Assembly (NCBI GenBank): GCA_026023565.1
Contig: JAPETS010000031.1
Coordinates: 248,001 to 312,000, forward strand
DNA from: Cirrosporium novae-zelandiae
Lineage: Eukaryota
Reading direction: 5' to 3'
DNA: 64,000 nucleotides
The notes beneath the pieces were generated by a model. The model ran no database searches and was not told the origin of the DNA. It worked only from the letters and a program-made list of their open reading frames with translations. The stretch's first letter is position 1. Each line of letters starts with the position of its first letter. Both the position numbers and the translations under genes were made by a program. Positions 49,337-60,996 of the stretch are shown one piece after another.

Positions 49337-50179
49337 ATGAAGTTTTCCTCCATCCTCCTCAGCAGTGTGCTTTTTGCCACTACCATCTTTGCCGCACCAA
49401 GCGGTGTTAGACGGGGCACCACTCTTGCTCAGCGGCTAGCGGCCCGTGCTTCTCGCTCAGGCAACACATTGCAGCTTGTCGACTCAACCATAACTCAGAA
49501 TCTCAATACGACCAACACTGAATACAGTACCAACTGGGCTGGCGCCGTTATTGAATCTCCTCCAGCCAGCGCGACCTTTACGGCAGTTGTCGCCACCATT
49601 ACAGTTCCCACTCCTTCTGTACCTTCAGGCTCCTCCTCTGGCGGCAATACAGAATACGCCGCGTCTGCATGGGTGGGTATTGATGGAGATACATGCTCCA
49701 CTGCCATCCTCCAAACTGGAGTTGACTTTTATGCGGAATCAAATGGAGGAACTTCTTTTGATGCCTGGTACGAGTGGTATCCCGACTACGCTTACGACTT
49801 TAGCGGCATCACAATTTCCGCTGGAGATGTTATCGTCATGACAGTCACCTCATCTACTAGCAAAAAGGGCACTGCAGTTATTGAGAACCAGACCACTGGT
49901 GTTACTGTTAGCAAAACGCTCACCTCCACCAGCTCACTATGCGGAGAAAATGCGGAATGGATTGTAGAGGACTTTGAAGAAAATGACGAGCTTGTTGCTT
50001 TTGCCGACTTTGGTACCGTGACATTCACGGGGTGCGTGGCTACCGACGCTGACTCCTCTACATTTGGCTTGGATGACGCCGAAGTTATTGAGATTGTATC
50101 GACGAGTGGAAGGTCTACCACTATCCTGACAGATGTGGAAATTATCAGTGATACAGAGTTACAGGTCACCTACGAATAA
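49337..50179 (+). CDS. Secreted glutamic peptidase, family G1 (eqolisin; aspergillopepsin II / Sclerotinia ACP1-like), intronless
   Basis: Signal peptide MKFSSILLSSVLFATTIFA, propeptide, YSTNWAGAV, ASAWVGIDG, catalytic Gln in AILQTGVD, AWYEWYP, catalytic Glu in NAEWIVEDF. Confidence 0.95.
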   Translation: MKFSSILLSSVLFATTIFAAPSGVRRGTTLAQRLAARASRSGNTLQLVDSTITQNLNTTNTEYSTNWAGAVIESPPASATFTAVVATITVPTPSVPSGSSSGGNTEYAASAWVGIDGDTCSTAILQTGVDFYAESNGGTSFDAWYEWYPDYAYDFSGITISAGDVIVMTVTSSTSKKGTAVIENQTTGVTVSKTLTSTSSLCGENAEWIVEDFEENDELVAFADFGTVTFTGCVATDADSSTFGLDDAEVIEIVSTSGRSTTILTDVEIISDTELQVTYE

Positions 50180-51153
50180 ATCAAAAAGAGGGATGGAAGA
50201 TAGGATCTTGGCCCGACTGAGGTTGTCTTTTTGGAAGATGGCTATAAGTCATAGAGCTTTGTCAAATCACCGCTATGACTGAGTTGGAGATGAATTCTGG
50301 AATACTGTTGATTCTCTTCTTGTTGCACGGTAGGCTCTCGAGTCTTGATTGATTTCTTTCCCATTCTATTTGTATATACTTGAGAGATCTGGTAGGAGGC
50401 TAACCCTCTACTATGATGCTATATGCAGACCTATTCAGACAGATTTATCTTGTATATAGGTAATTTACCCTCGGTTGTATATAGTTCAATAATCAGCCAC
50501 TTATTCCACTTTCATCCGCATGAAATAGTAGTGTAGTGTCTACGACACCCTAATTGGATCACCCAAGTCAGACACTTGATGAATTACTTCTTAGACCACC
50601 ACCCATGAAGAGATGAAGAACGAGAGGAATGAAAATATATATGGTGATTTGGACTCCAACGGTGAGAAACATCAGAGGCTAAGAAGATTCGAAACGGCCG
50701 TCAGTGAGAAGTTGAGTTTAACCTTCGCCATCAGTCCAAGATGAGTAAGCAACTCTAAAATGTTTGAATCTATGGATCCTATTCCTTGCATAAACACATC
50801 CATAATCACCAATGTATTCTCAGCCGCAACATCTTCCATGTTCAAACACATAGTTCACATTTCTCGGCGTTGTCTAGGATATGATTTCGAGATCCTCTAA
50901 TTTCGTTAATGTGCATCCTCTTCATGTCACTATCATCATGTCATCATTTATATTTTCCTTCCCCCCCTAGTGTTTGGACCCTTATTCCTGAAATCCTCAA
51001 TTGTTTTTGTCTTTTTGTTTCTTTTCATCTTCTATTGAAAGATTGCCTTGATGGCAGTTTAGAAATATTCATTCTTTTCTTCTAACCAACTTGGTCCACT
51101 CTTTTACCCTTGCATTATATATATATATAGAGGCTATTTATTCTACACAAAAA

Positions 51154-52648
51154 ATGTCCACCCTTTTTCTAACCCTAGCTTTTGGCGTCCTGGTAGATGC
51201 CCACATTTCCGCCTGGGCAAAAGGGATGTACTGTCTCGGCGGCGCGGACCCCACCATCGACAACGCTAACACCAACACAGCCGTGGGGCCCCTCTTCGAC
51301 CTCCCCCAAGATCAGTGGTGGTTCCAAGCCGACCGGGGCTGCAACAAGGTGCCCCCAGCCGATGGCGATATCCTCTCAATCCCGGCCGGAGGTAGCTTCA
51401 CCGTCGAACTGGCCAACAATCGCGCCTTTACCACGCTCTCGTACAACGGGACCAAAACATCCGAGTGGCCGGATGGTGGGGTCCATCCGGAGGATTGGCA
51501 TGAAACTACGAGCGGTGATTGCTTACCGGATGGCGGGTGGATGCATGCGCAGAATGAGAGTATGACGCAGGGTACCGCCTGGGCTATCAGCTATGAGTCA
51601 GAATTGGAAAAAGTGACGATGGAGAATCTGGTTGTGTTTTCTGTCCTGGAGCAGTAGGTTTTCGTTTTCTTTTTCTTTGACTTTCTTTTATACAGTTAAC
51701 GGAAATTTAAATACTAAGGATTTCTTTCTTGTGGTGTAGTTCCCCATGGAAACGTCTCGTCACCTACGAAGCCCCAGCTGCCCTCCCCCCCTGCCCCGAA
51801 GGTGGCTGCACTTGCGCGTGGCTTTGGGCTCCACTCGGATGCGGCCAATCCAATATGTGAGATCCATCAGACCAATCAGATCCCTCATTACCCCATTACC
51901 CCAGTATACCTACTATGTAGAGTAAAAGTCCCCAAAAAGCCAACCCTAATTTTTTTTTGTTTAGGTACATGACCGGATTCAAATGCAACGTCACAGACTC
52001 GACCGCGACAACCCCACTTGCAAAGGCAAAACCACCCGTCATGTGCGGTGATGATTCTTCTAAATGCACAAAGGGTGCTAAGCAGATGATTGCGTGGCAT
52101 CGTAAGTGTTTCCCCACCCTTTCTCCTCCTCCAAACACCGCATCATATAATAAAACCAGACCCCGATCTACTGTATAACTAACTCTCCTTTCCCCCCCTT
52201 TCTTTCCTTAGAAGCATCAGGAAACAACATCAACACCACCGGAACCGATTTCAGCATCCCAGCAAACTCTCCAGCATACAACTCTCGCTGTGGCTGGACA
52301 TCAGGGGCCCAAAATGATATTTTTGAAGATGAAGATGAAGCTGATGATAAGGGCACGGGCAGTGTTAGTGCTAGTGTAAGCGTCGTGAGGACAGCAACGA
52401 CTTTCTCGGTAGCGGCAAGTGGTAGTACTTCCCCCTTTTCTCCGACAACGATGGTGACACGGTATTCGAAACTCGTCTCATTAACAACATCGATCACAAC
52501 CTCCTCCTCCACAACAGAAGTAGCAGCAGCAATCACAACGTCCCCGACAACATCTCCCACAGCAATAGAACCACCCTCTCCCACCTTCACCACAACCGTC
52601 ACCCCTGCTACAACTAGCGATGAAAGCGACGACGAATGTGAAGCCTGA
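51154..52648 (+). CDS. AA14-family lytic polysaccharide monooxygenase with Ser/Thr-rich tail, 4 exons (51154-51653, 51740-51856, 51965-52101, 52212-52648)
   Basis: Signal peptide [16 protein letters not shown] followed directly by His1 ([11 protein letters not shown]). Also [15 protein letters not shown], second His in [33 protein letters not shown], Tyr in NMYMTGFKC, and GAQNDIF. Confidence 0.82.
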
Positions 52649-52699
52649 CCACCCTTAACAACCAATCTAATCCAATCTAAACAAAAAATTTAACCAAAC

Positions 52700-53473
52700 C
52701 CTACCCCTAGCCTATTCAGCTCCATTCTTCCATTCTTCCATTCTTCTATTCTTCTATTTTACATCCACTCACTCACTCACCCACAGTAATTCCTACACAG
52801 TAAACACGGAGCGAGATTCCCTCCTTCCTTCCTCCTTCCTCCCTTAGTACAGTACTTTCCCTAGAATGGAAATAAGGATTCGTTGGTTGGTTGGTTATTT
52901 TTTTATCTGTCATGGGGATTGGATTTTTGGATGGAGATTAGAGATCTAAACAAAATAAGACTGGTTTGTTGAAAGGTTGGGAGGTTGGGAGGGATTTTAT
53001 GGTTCGGGAGGGGTACTGTATTGGATATTGGATACTAGATATGAAAAGTAAAGACCGTATATATATATATATCTGTATGTATGTATGTATGTATGTATAT
53101 TCGTTTAAATCAAATCCAAATCCAAATCAAACTATGAGCATTCGTTCGGTCGGTCGGTCGGTCGTTTCGTTCGTTTGCTTTAGCCATCTAGCTACCTACC
53201 TACCTACCCCCCGATACACACACACACACACTTTACCTCTTCCAAAATCCACCATCCAACTTCCGACTTCTATTACATGATTATATACATATTTTTTATA
53301 GATATTATATATTTTAATTTCTAATTTCTAACTTCTACCTTCTAAATCTAAATTAAGGACGTGAGGATCGAGATAGAGTAAGCTTGGGCTGGGGCTTGCG
53401 TAGGGCTAGGGTGCAGCTGTAGTTGTAGTTGTAGGAATCCTATACCTATACCTATACCTATACCTATACCTAT

Positions 53474-53506
<33 letters not shown>

Positions 53507-54600
53507 CATACACACTTTACCCCCTTGCAACTTCAACTTTCAACTTTCAACTTCCAAGTTCTAATTCTAATTTTTGGATCTGAATTTGAATTTATTTTTA
53601 TATTTAAATCAGGGACGTGAGGATAAGTGTGAGTGTCAAAATATTAGATAAAGAATAGTTAGGATGTAGTAATCCCCCTCCCACACACCCCCTTCCAACT
53701 TCCAATTCCTAACATCTCCTTTCCACCCCCTACCCAACATCCAATTTCCAATATCCAATTTCCAACTTTCACCTTCTATTTCTCCTCTCCCAAAAACTTT
53801 ATAAAGTTCATAAATCCCCCTCCACCTCGAGCCCTCCGAGTTACTGTACTGTAGAACCCCCCAACGAACCCCATCAAGAGGATAGTTCAGAAACATTCAC
53901 TACAGGATTGCAGGGTGGATAAGTATATAGATTGTATGGGTTTTATGGATTGGGTTTCTAATTTAATGGTATGTAGGAACCGTGTGTGTGAGAGATGGGA
54001 GATGCGATGAAATGAGAGGTGAGAGAGGGCTTTTTTATAGTCTATAGTCTATAGAAGATACCAGATACGAAAATGAACTACCCTATTTAGATACTCTTCC
54101 TTCCCCCCCCCCGAGAATCTTTCGAATCTCTCGAATCTCTAGGAGGATAACTTAACCAACTTAACCCTTTTTTTTTTAGTTGAGTTGAGTTGACTTTTTT
54201 ATGGAGATGATGGATAGATGATTAGATTTTTCTTTTAAAATAACAAAGGGACATGGTAATGAAAATAAGAATAGAAATAGTATGCTGAGGATTGAGGACT
54301 GAGCATTCAGTACTGACATTGTTTCTTTTTCTTTTTCTTTGGCGGGGGGGGGGGGGGTTAGTTATTCTCTTATAGTGTACTAGGATACGAGCGTTTTAAT
54401 TGTTATTTATTTATTTTAGTTGAATTAGAAAGGATAAGGATAAACTTCACCACACATCACACCAGACTATATTTATTATATACTTTCTAGGAACCATATA
54501 ACCATATGACCAATGTTATTTTTATTCCAAAATTATGGGGTGTTCGTTTCTACCTAGGTAGCTTGTAGTAATCCCCCCTTCTCTTCCTTTCTCACCGAAT
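52700..54600. repeat. Microsatellite-rich tract between convergent genes: (CCATTCTT)n, (TA)n, (TATG)n, (GTCG)n, (CTATAC)6 at 53440-53475, (CA)n, poly-G near 54344-54357
   Basis: Read directly from the sequence. Confidence 0.85.
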
Positions 54601-54621
54601 TACTATTACTAATTTATCTAT

Positions 54622-56193
54622 TTATTTCAAGTCTGCATATATACCCCCAGAGGTTTCATGTTCGTATTCGAGATCGGGTTGGAATTCCCAGTAGAGGGTT
54701 TCCTATCAAAGTCAAAAATTAGAAATGGGATGTTAGAAGAACGGAAGTGGAAGTGGAAGAAGGAAAGGAGAAATTGGGGGGATGAGAAGGGGAGAAATAA
54801 TTAGGGGTATAAGGGGGGGAAGATAGGATAGGAAATAGTGCTTAGAGGTGCCTATTAGGGGTCGGAGGCCTCTATCGGAGGGGGGGGGGGGGGGGAAAAA
54901 AGCACCCATGCCCACACCCACACCCATATCCACGGCTGCTGATATCAAGTGCAAGTGCAAGTGGAAACGAAACAGCGAGAAGAGAAGAGAAATAGAGGGT
55001 TTGGAGTTTAGATATGGGAGCTGAGAAACGCAGAGATGTAATGAGGTAGTGAGATGAGTTAGGTACTTTAAAGGGAAAGGGCGAGTGTAAGGACAAGCTT
55101 GGGCAAGGGTAAGGGAAAGGGGGTTAAGAATGACAGAAACTCACCGGATCACTAGCCATCTTAAACGTATACGCCGCCTCCTCCTCCCCAACAAGACACT
55201 TCTTATACTTCCCCCCCGCCGCCGCAGCCTCCACCCTCAACTGCACCTCACAGCTCCTCTCCATAAGCGTGAACAAATAAGCCGCCTCATCCACTGTCCC
55301 CCCCACAGTCAACAACCCATGATTCTTCAAAATCAACCCTTTCCCTTTAGGTCCTAACGCACCAGCCAATCTCTCCCCTTCTTCCTCCGAAAACACTATC
55401 CCACCGAAATCGTTGTAGACCGCTTGTGCGGACCCGTAGAAGTAGGTTACGTCTTGGTTCAGCATCTCGAGGGGGGCGCCGAAGGCTGACCAGGCGCGTC
55501 CGTAGGGGGAGTGTGTGTGGCAGGCTGCGTGGACGTCGGGGCGCGCTTTGTGTACCGCGGCGTGAATTAGGAAGCCCGCGGCGTTGGCAGGGCGAGAGAG
55601 GTTTCCGCCGATGGGATGGCCGGACGAGTTTACTAGGATCATGTCGGAGGCGCGGAGGAGACCAAAGTGGCGGCCGAGGCTGAGGGGGATGTGGGTTAGT
55701 AGAGGTAGTGAGGGTGAGGGGGGTTATTGCTGATGAGGATGGAATCTGTACATGGCGTGGCACAACATGGATGGTAGGCAGGTAGCTAGGTAAGCAAAAC
55801 CTCTCCGCTTCCCTTCTACAGCCAAAAAAACAAAACACAAACAACCCAAACCAAGAATAAAAAAAACACCTACGGATTAGTCCAAAAAGTAGTCGGGTCC
55901 CCCGGATCCCTCACGGAGATATGTCCCGCCATCCCCTCCGTATACCCCTTCCTCGCAAACACGCGGAACGCCCCCGCCATGTGCTCCAGCATCCAGTGGC
56001 GCTGCTTTTCAATTGAGGTGAAGGATGGGATCCCGGGTAGCGTGGTGCCTTGGGATATCGCCTGCAGGGCTGTGAGATTTTCTTTTCCGTGCGGGCTGGA
56101 TCTGGTTTTGGCTTTGGTTTTGGGGGCGGTGGCAGTTTGAATTGTGTTGATGGCCATCTCGGTGGTGGTGGTGTCGTCGAGGGAGGGCGCCAT
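54622..56193 (-). CDS. Class II aldolase/adducin head-domain protein (mug14-like), 3 exons (56193-55874, 55679-55145, 54702-54622)
   Basis: EGMAGHISVRDP, FWTNPLGRHFGLL, NAAGFLIHAAVHKARPDVHAACHTHS (HxH metal ligands), ILKNHGLLTVG, last exon ETLYWEFQPDLEYE. Confidence 0.92.
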
Positions 56194-56776
56194 GGTTGAT
56201 TGATTGGTGAGCGGGGTGGGTGGCTGAATGTTAGTAGGTAAGTGATATCAGTAATAACAATAGCAATAACAATAATTCTTTTCGTTCTTTCTTTTTCTTT
56301 AATTGCAAATACACAGAGTGGAGAGGTATAGAAGCAGAAACAGAAACAGTCAAATTGTTGAATTATTATTTGCATTAGCAAAGGCCAAACCCACTCTTCT
56401 TATTCAAGACATTGGTTGTTGCTCTTATCGTGTCCTTATCGGTCTTATCGGCCTTATCGGCAAGGGAGGGGAAATTTCCGATCCATCTGTGAGGGGGCGG
56501 CGGACAGGCGGACTGTCCGACAAGGATAAAACTCCAATTTATGGGTGACTTGCTGTATATAACCGGAAGGTTTTCCCGAGTAGACAAGAGTATTATGTGT
56601 ACATGTTCACTATTAGGACATCGGACAGCTCCTCATATTTTCAAATGCTTTATGATATATATACGTATAAGATCTGCATTACCGACTGGATTATTCATAC
56701 TTATCTGGTTAGCAGGTTTGTAGGGTCTTGACCTATCATTGCTCTCTACCTTCTGACCCGTCATTCTAGATCCCCA

Positions 56777-59499
56777 TTAATTCATGGCATTAGGTGGAAG
56801 ATCGGACGGAGGAAAGCAACGATCTGGAGTGGCCGCATTTCCCCACCACGTTGGGAAAGAAGCATTGGGCACTATGCTTGTCATTAGTACCACTTAGGTA
56901 TATGGAAGAAACAAGAAATAACAGATGGAGATTTACGGTTGATACAAAAGACCATGAACTGAGATTATATTTCATTAGCTTAAGTCCCGGTGGATGAAGG
57001 GTTCCAATGAACTTACAGTTGTCATGAGTTGCGTGCCGCAGTCCAGACCAACACCGAGAAGGTAATTATATTTACGGAACCAGGCGGGGTGATAGCGGTA
57101 CATGTAGCCCATACTAGGAGAAGTTAAGTACAATGCAGCTTTAACCGTCGAGAACTAACAGCCATTGAAACTTACAAGAAGAAACCAACAAGGGCAGAGG
57201 TCATTAGGTTGGTGGTGGTGTATACAGGAACTATGGTAGCTCCATAGAACATGACTACCGGATTAAAACGTTCCTCGATATTCCAGTTGGGCTTCCACTT
57301 ATGCACCAACCAGAGGGCGAAAACGGTTCCCGCTCCTGCCAGAAAGCCCCAGTAGACCCAAGCATATGGAGAGTCTTTTGCAAAGAAGACCTTGGGACCT
57401 AAAACTCCCCAGATAACAGACAGTGAGTAGAAGTTCTTTGTTTTCAAGGCATTCCATGAATTCGAGGCGACTTCGCCCGTGAGTTGGGCCGCTTCGTGGT
57501 CAATGATGAATCCTATGTCCTATTAGTAGCAATCTTTTGCCATGATTGAATACTCACGCATCATCCCGTAGTTGATAAATGGGCCGAGAAGGGTTCCCCA
57601 GACTTGGCCCCAGAACATCTCACGTTCAGGAATCTTCATATAAAACCCAAACTTGTAGTCCGAAATGAGGTTGAGATTCTGCTCAAGGATTTGTCGGCCG
57701 TAGGACATACAGGCAAGAACTGCTATGGGCTTTCCGGGAAACAAAGCACCAGCAATAAGCTCGCTGAGAAAGGCCATACCAATTTGAATATTTGCCACAC
57801 CCCATAGGATACCGTTAGGCCAGGTGAAGACAAAGGATATCACTGCAATTACTATTAGACCCCTAGATATCTTGTGAGCTAGTACAAGTCATGACGCAAG
57901 ATATCACTGACCACCATGGTAGATCCATCTCTCCTTCATAGAGCTGCGCTATTCCTAGAGCAGCACAGACAACCAGAAGAGTAATATACCACCAATGAGG
58001 AACACGTGGTGAGCCAGCCATAACCTTCAGATAAGGGTCATCATAGTCTTCACGTCGGTTGTGATACGCGTCCTTCAGGGCTGTCCAAGAGGATTTCCCA
58101 TACCACAGAGCAGCGTAAACCATAGCACCGGTCGATCCTGAAAAGCCCCAGAAAAAGTACATTGCATACGAAGGAGACCAGTGTGGAGTGGAGTATTCAT
58201 CCATGGCTGTCTGATTAAGTGTATGAGTTGATGTAAGGATCCTGGAGATGTTATACTCGGCCCCTGAAGCATCCCAAGTTCCAGACGACATGGGTGCAAA
58301 TTTCTTGGCGTTCATTGTGTTGGAAAAGTACATGATCGGATAGAGGACCCACGATGCTGCTAGAGCACCGGCTGCTTGATTGGCAGTTGACCATAGGGGT
58401 GTATACATTGGCGAAAAATAAGAAATATAGTTCCAGTCCAAAGAAAAATCGAGCAACCCCTACTAAAGTCAGTATGAATCTATAACGTACAATACGATTA
58501 CTTACAAAGCCATAAGTGCCGGACCCTAAAACCCAAGCTTGCCAGTTACCATGTCCAAAGTAACAAACCAAAGGTAAGGAGCTAAGCAAGGGGAAGATGA
58601 GTGAGGGGAACCACTCATAGACAAATGCAGCGCAAGCGACCATTGAGAAAAATTTAAGCGCTTTCTTGGTCGCGGCGGGATCATGATGCATGGCGTTGAA
58701 TAGAGAGACATTTGGAAGGACACTAGGATAGTAAATCTTGGGAGGGCGAACCAAGATATCACGATAGAGTCCAGCAAATCCATATCCGATCATTTGTGTA
58801 GTAATCAAAAATATGATTCCCCAACCAGCGTTTATTTTTATGCCATAATAGAGCTCCATGGCAGATAAAGGACCGAGGCCATATGCCGTGTAGCACTATT
58901 CGATGTCAGTCAAAGATTCCAGCATATCACCTAAGTACTTACACTACCCCAGTATGCGACAACGATGAGAGCATGCTCCTTGGCGTTCCAGGGGCCTGGG
59001 TTGAGACTCCATCTCCAGCCAAATATGTTGAACGTACGAGTCGGGAGATATTTTGCCATTGCGTTGCCCATCCCCCATGACAGCAATTGGATAGCATAGC
59101 TGGTCAAACTGACGTAGTAAGGTTTGAAATAATAGAATGAAGAAATTCCACATCCGATTACCACCCAGAAGGTGGATAGGGTCCAAAAGCGAAATGTGAG
59201 GATAGGTTCTCTGCATATCAATCAATGACCTTCCTCTCAACGTCTGTTAGATATAGAACTCACGTAGGGTCATTCTTAAGACCTACGCATTTGGCAACCA
59301 GAGGAATAGGATAGTTCTTGAGACGAGGGTCGACGACCTCCTCACTGTCTGTGGGAATAATTGCCTCTCCAAGAGGAAAATCCTTGTAGTTACCATCGAA
59401 ACCTTCTTCGGACACGTCGTGCGGCAAGACCTCAACAGCACTCTGGTTTTTCTCTGAGAGATTACTTCTTGTCTGGGATTGAATCTCTTCGTTAGCCAT
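56777..59499 (-). CDS. OPT-family oligopeptide transporter, multi-exon including a 22-nt microexon (56958-56937)
   Basis: EPILTFRFW, SLNPGPWNAKEHALI, TQMIGYGFAG, SLDWNYIS, VPHWWY, SDYKFGFYMKIPER, WFRKYNYLLGVGLDCG and FPTWWGN. Confidence 0.92.
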
Positions 59500-60996
59500 G
59501 TTTGAATCTGAAGATATACTGATTCAGAAACTTGAGGTCTGCCTCTCTCAGTTTTCCGAGTGTTCCAGGTCAGTACTGTAGCTTTTATATGCTAAGACAT
59601 GTTCTTGGTCAAGATAGTGGTCAAAGATAAGGTAGTAGGTTACATTTTCTCGAGGGTCTGGAGCCCTTGTTGCCCACGGATTGTCACCAGATACGACTGC
59701 TTCGATCAACAGGACATGTTTTATGCGTTAGATGCACATGGGGTGAGCTATCAAAAATTCTTTGTAACCGAGGAATCAATGAAATTGAGGGGGGTGAGCC
59801 TTTTGCACAAGGAAATAACAAAATTTATCTTGATTTCTGGGGTATGCAGCCAGTGTATAGGCTTTCTGGGCATAGATGGCCCCAAGACATGCCAAAGAAT
59901 ATGCCAAAGAATATGCCGGGAATTGGGAGATCTCCTCAGGACTCCAGAATCTCTGTGTACCCCTGTCTATAACACGGTAATGGTAGTACATCTAATTATC
60001 GTTAATGAAAGAGGAGATTGAGTGATGGTTTGTAGAACTGACATCTTTCCTAGACTGACTGGCTGACTGGTCAGTTGCATACTTGTAGACAATGCTGTCC
60101 AAGTCCAATACCACCTGCCTCATTCAACAGATGGTTTCATCCATTGATTAGACCCATCGCGTCACTTATACTACTATTGTTATCATCATCCTTGACCTCA
60201 AATCTTGATATCAAGTCTAATTGAATAGATAATATGGAACAAATGGAACAAAATCATTTCCCCAAGACTTGTTTGGGATATGACAAGCGAGTATTGGGAC
60301 CGTTGTTTTTGGGGACATTGCATCAAGCATGACCCGGTACCAACCGCATATAGCAAGGCCTGGAAGCCCAAGACCCAACCACATAAGCCTATTCTCTCAA
60401 TCTCGATAGTTGGCCGATCTTTCCTATCTCTATAGGATGAGATAAGGAACAAATACTCGGCGAGAAGGCGAGATTAGAGAATAAAGGTATTCTGTGGTCA
60501 GTCGTATCCATTACCGATTATTCTCGAGAAAGATTGCATATCTATGATGAATTATCAAAAGGTCAACAAAATTTGCAAGGAAACGAACGAGTTTAAATAT
60601 TCAACTCGTCCAGGATGCTGACCAGGCAGCAGTCTGACTCATTTTCCATATTGGACCAAGTCATCCTATCACTACTTGTTTTTCCTATTCGGGTCGAGAA
60701 TCTTCAAACCTAGATATGTGGCGGATTCATTTCCTTGTATTCCTTCATTTCTATCCTGTCATCTCTTTATACCGCCACAGGAACATCGGAGAATTGATTC
60801 ATTCATTTATTGATTTGTTGGTACCTGCATTTAGCCTTACTCGACATCCATGCCATTTCAATAAATACTCGAATATATCTCTATCTGCACTTCATTGTTC
60901 CAAACAACCTTCTTCCATTCAAATTTGATTAATCGTTGAAATCTATATCTATAGTCAAATATCCTATATATACATCGGTTTGTTCCTCTAAATCAT

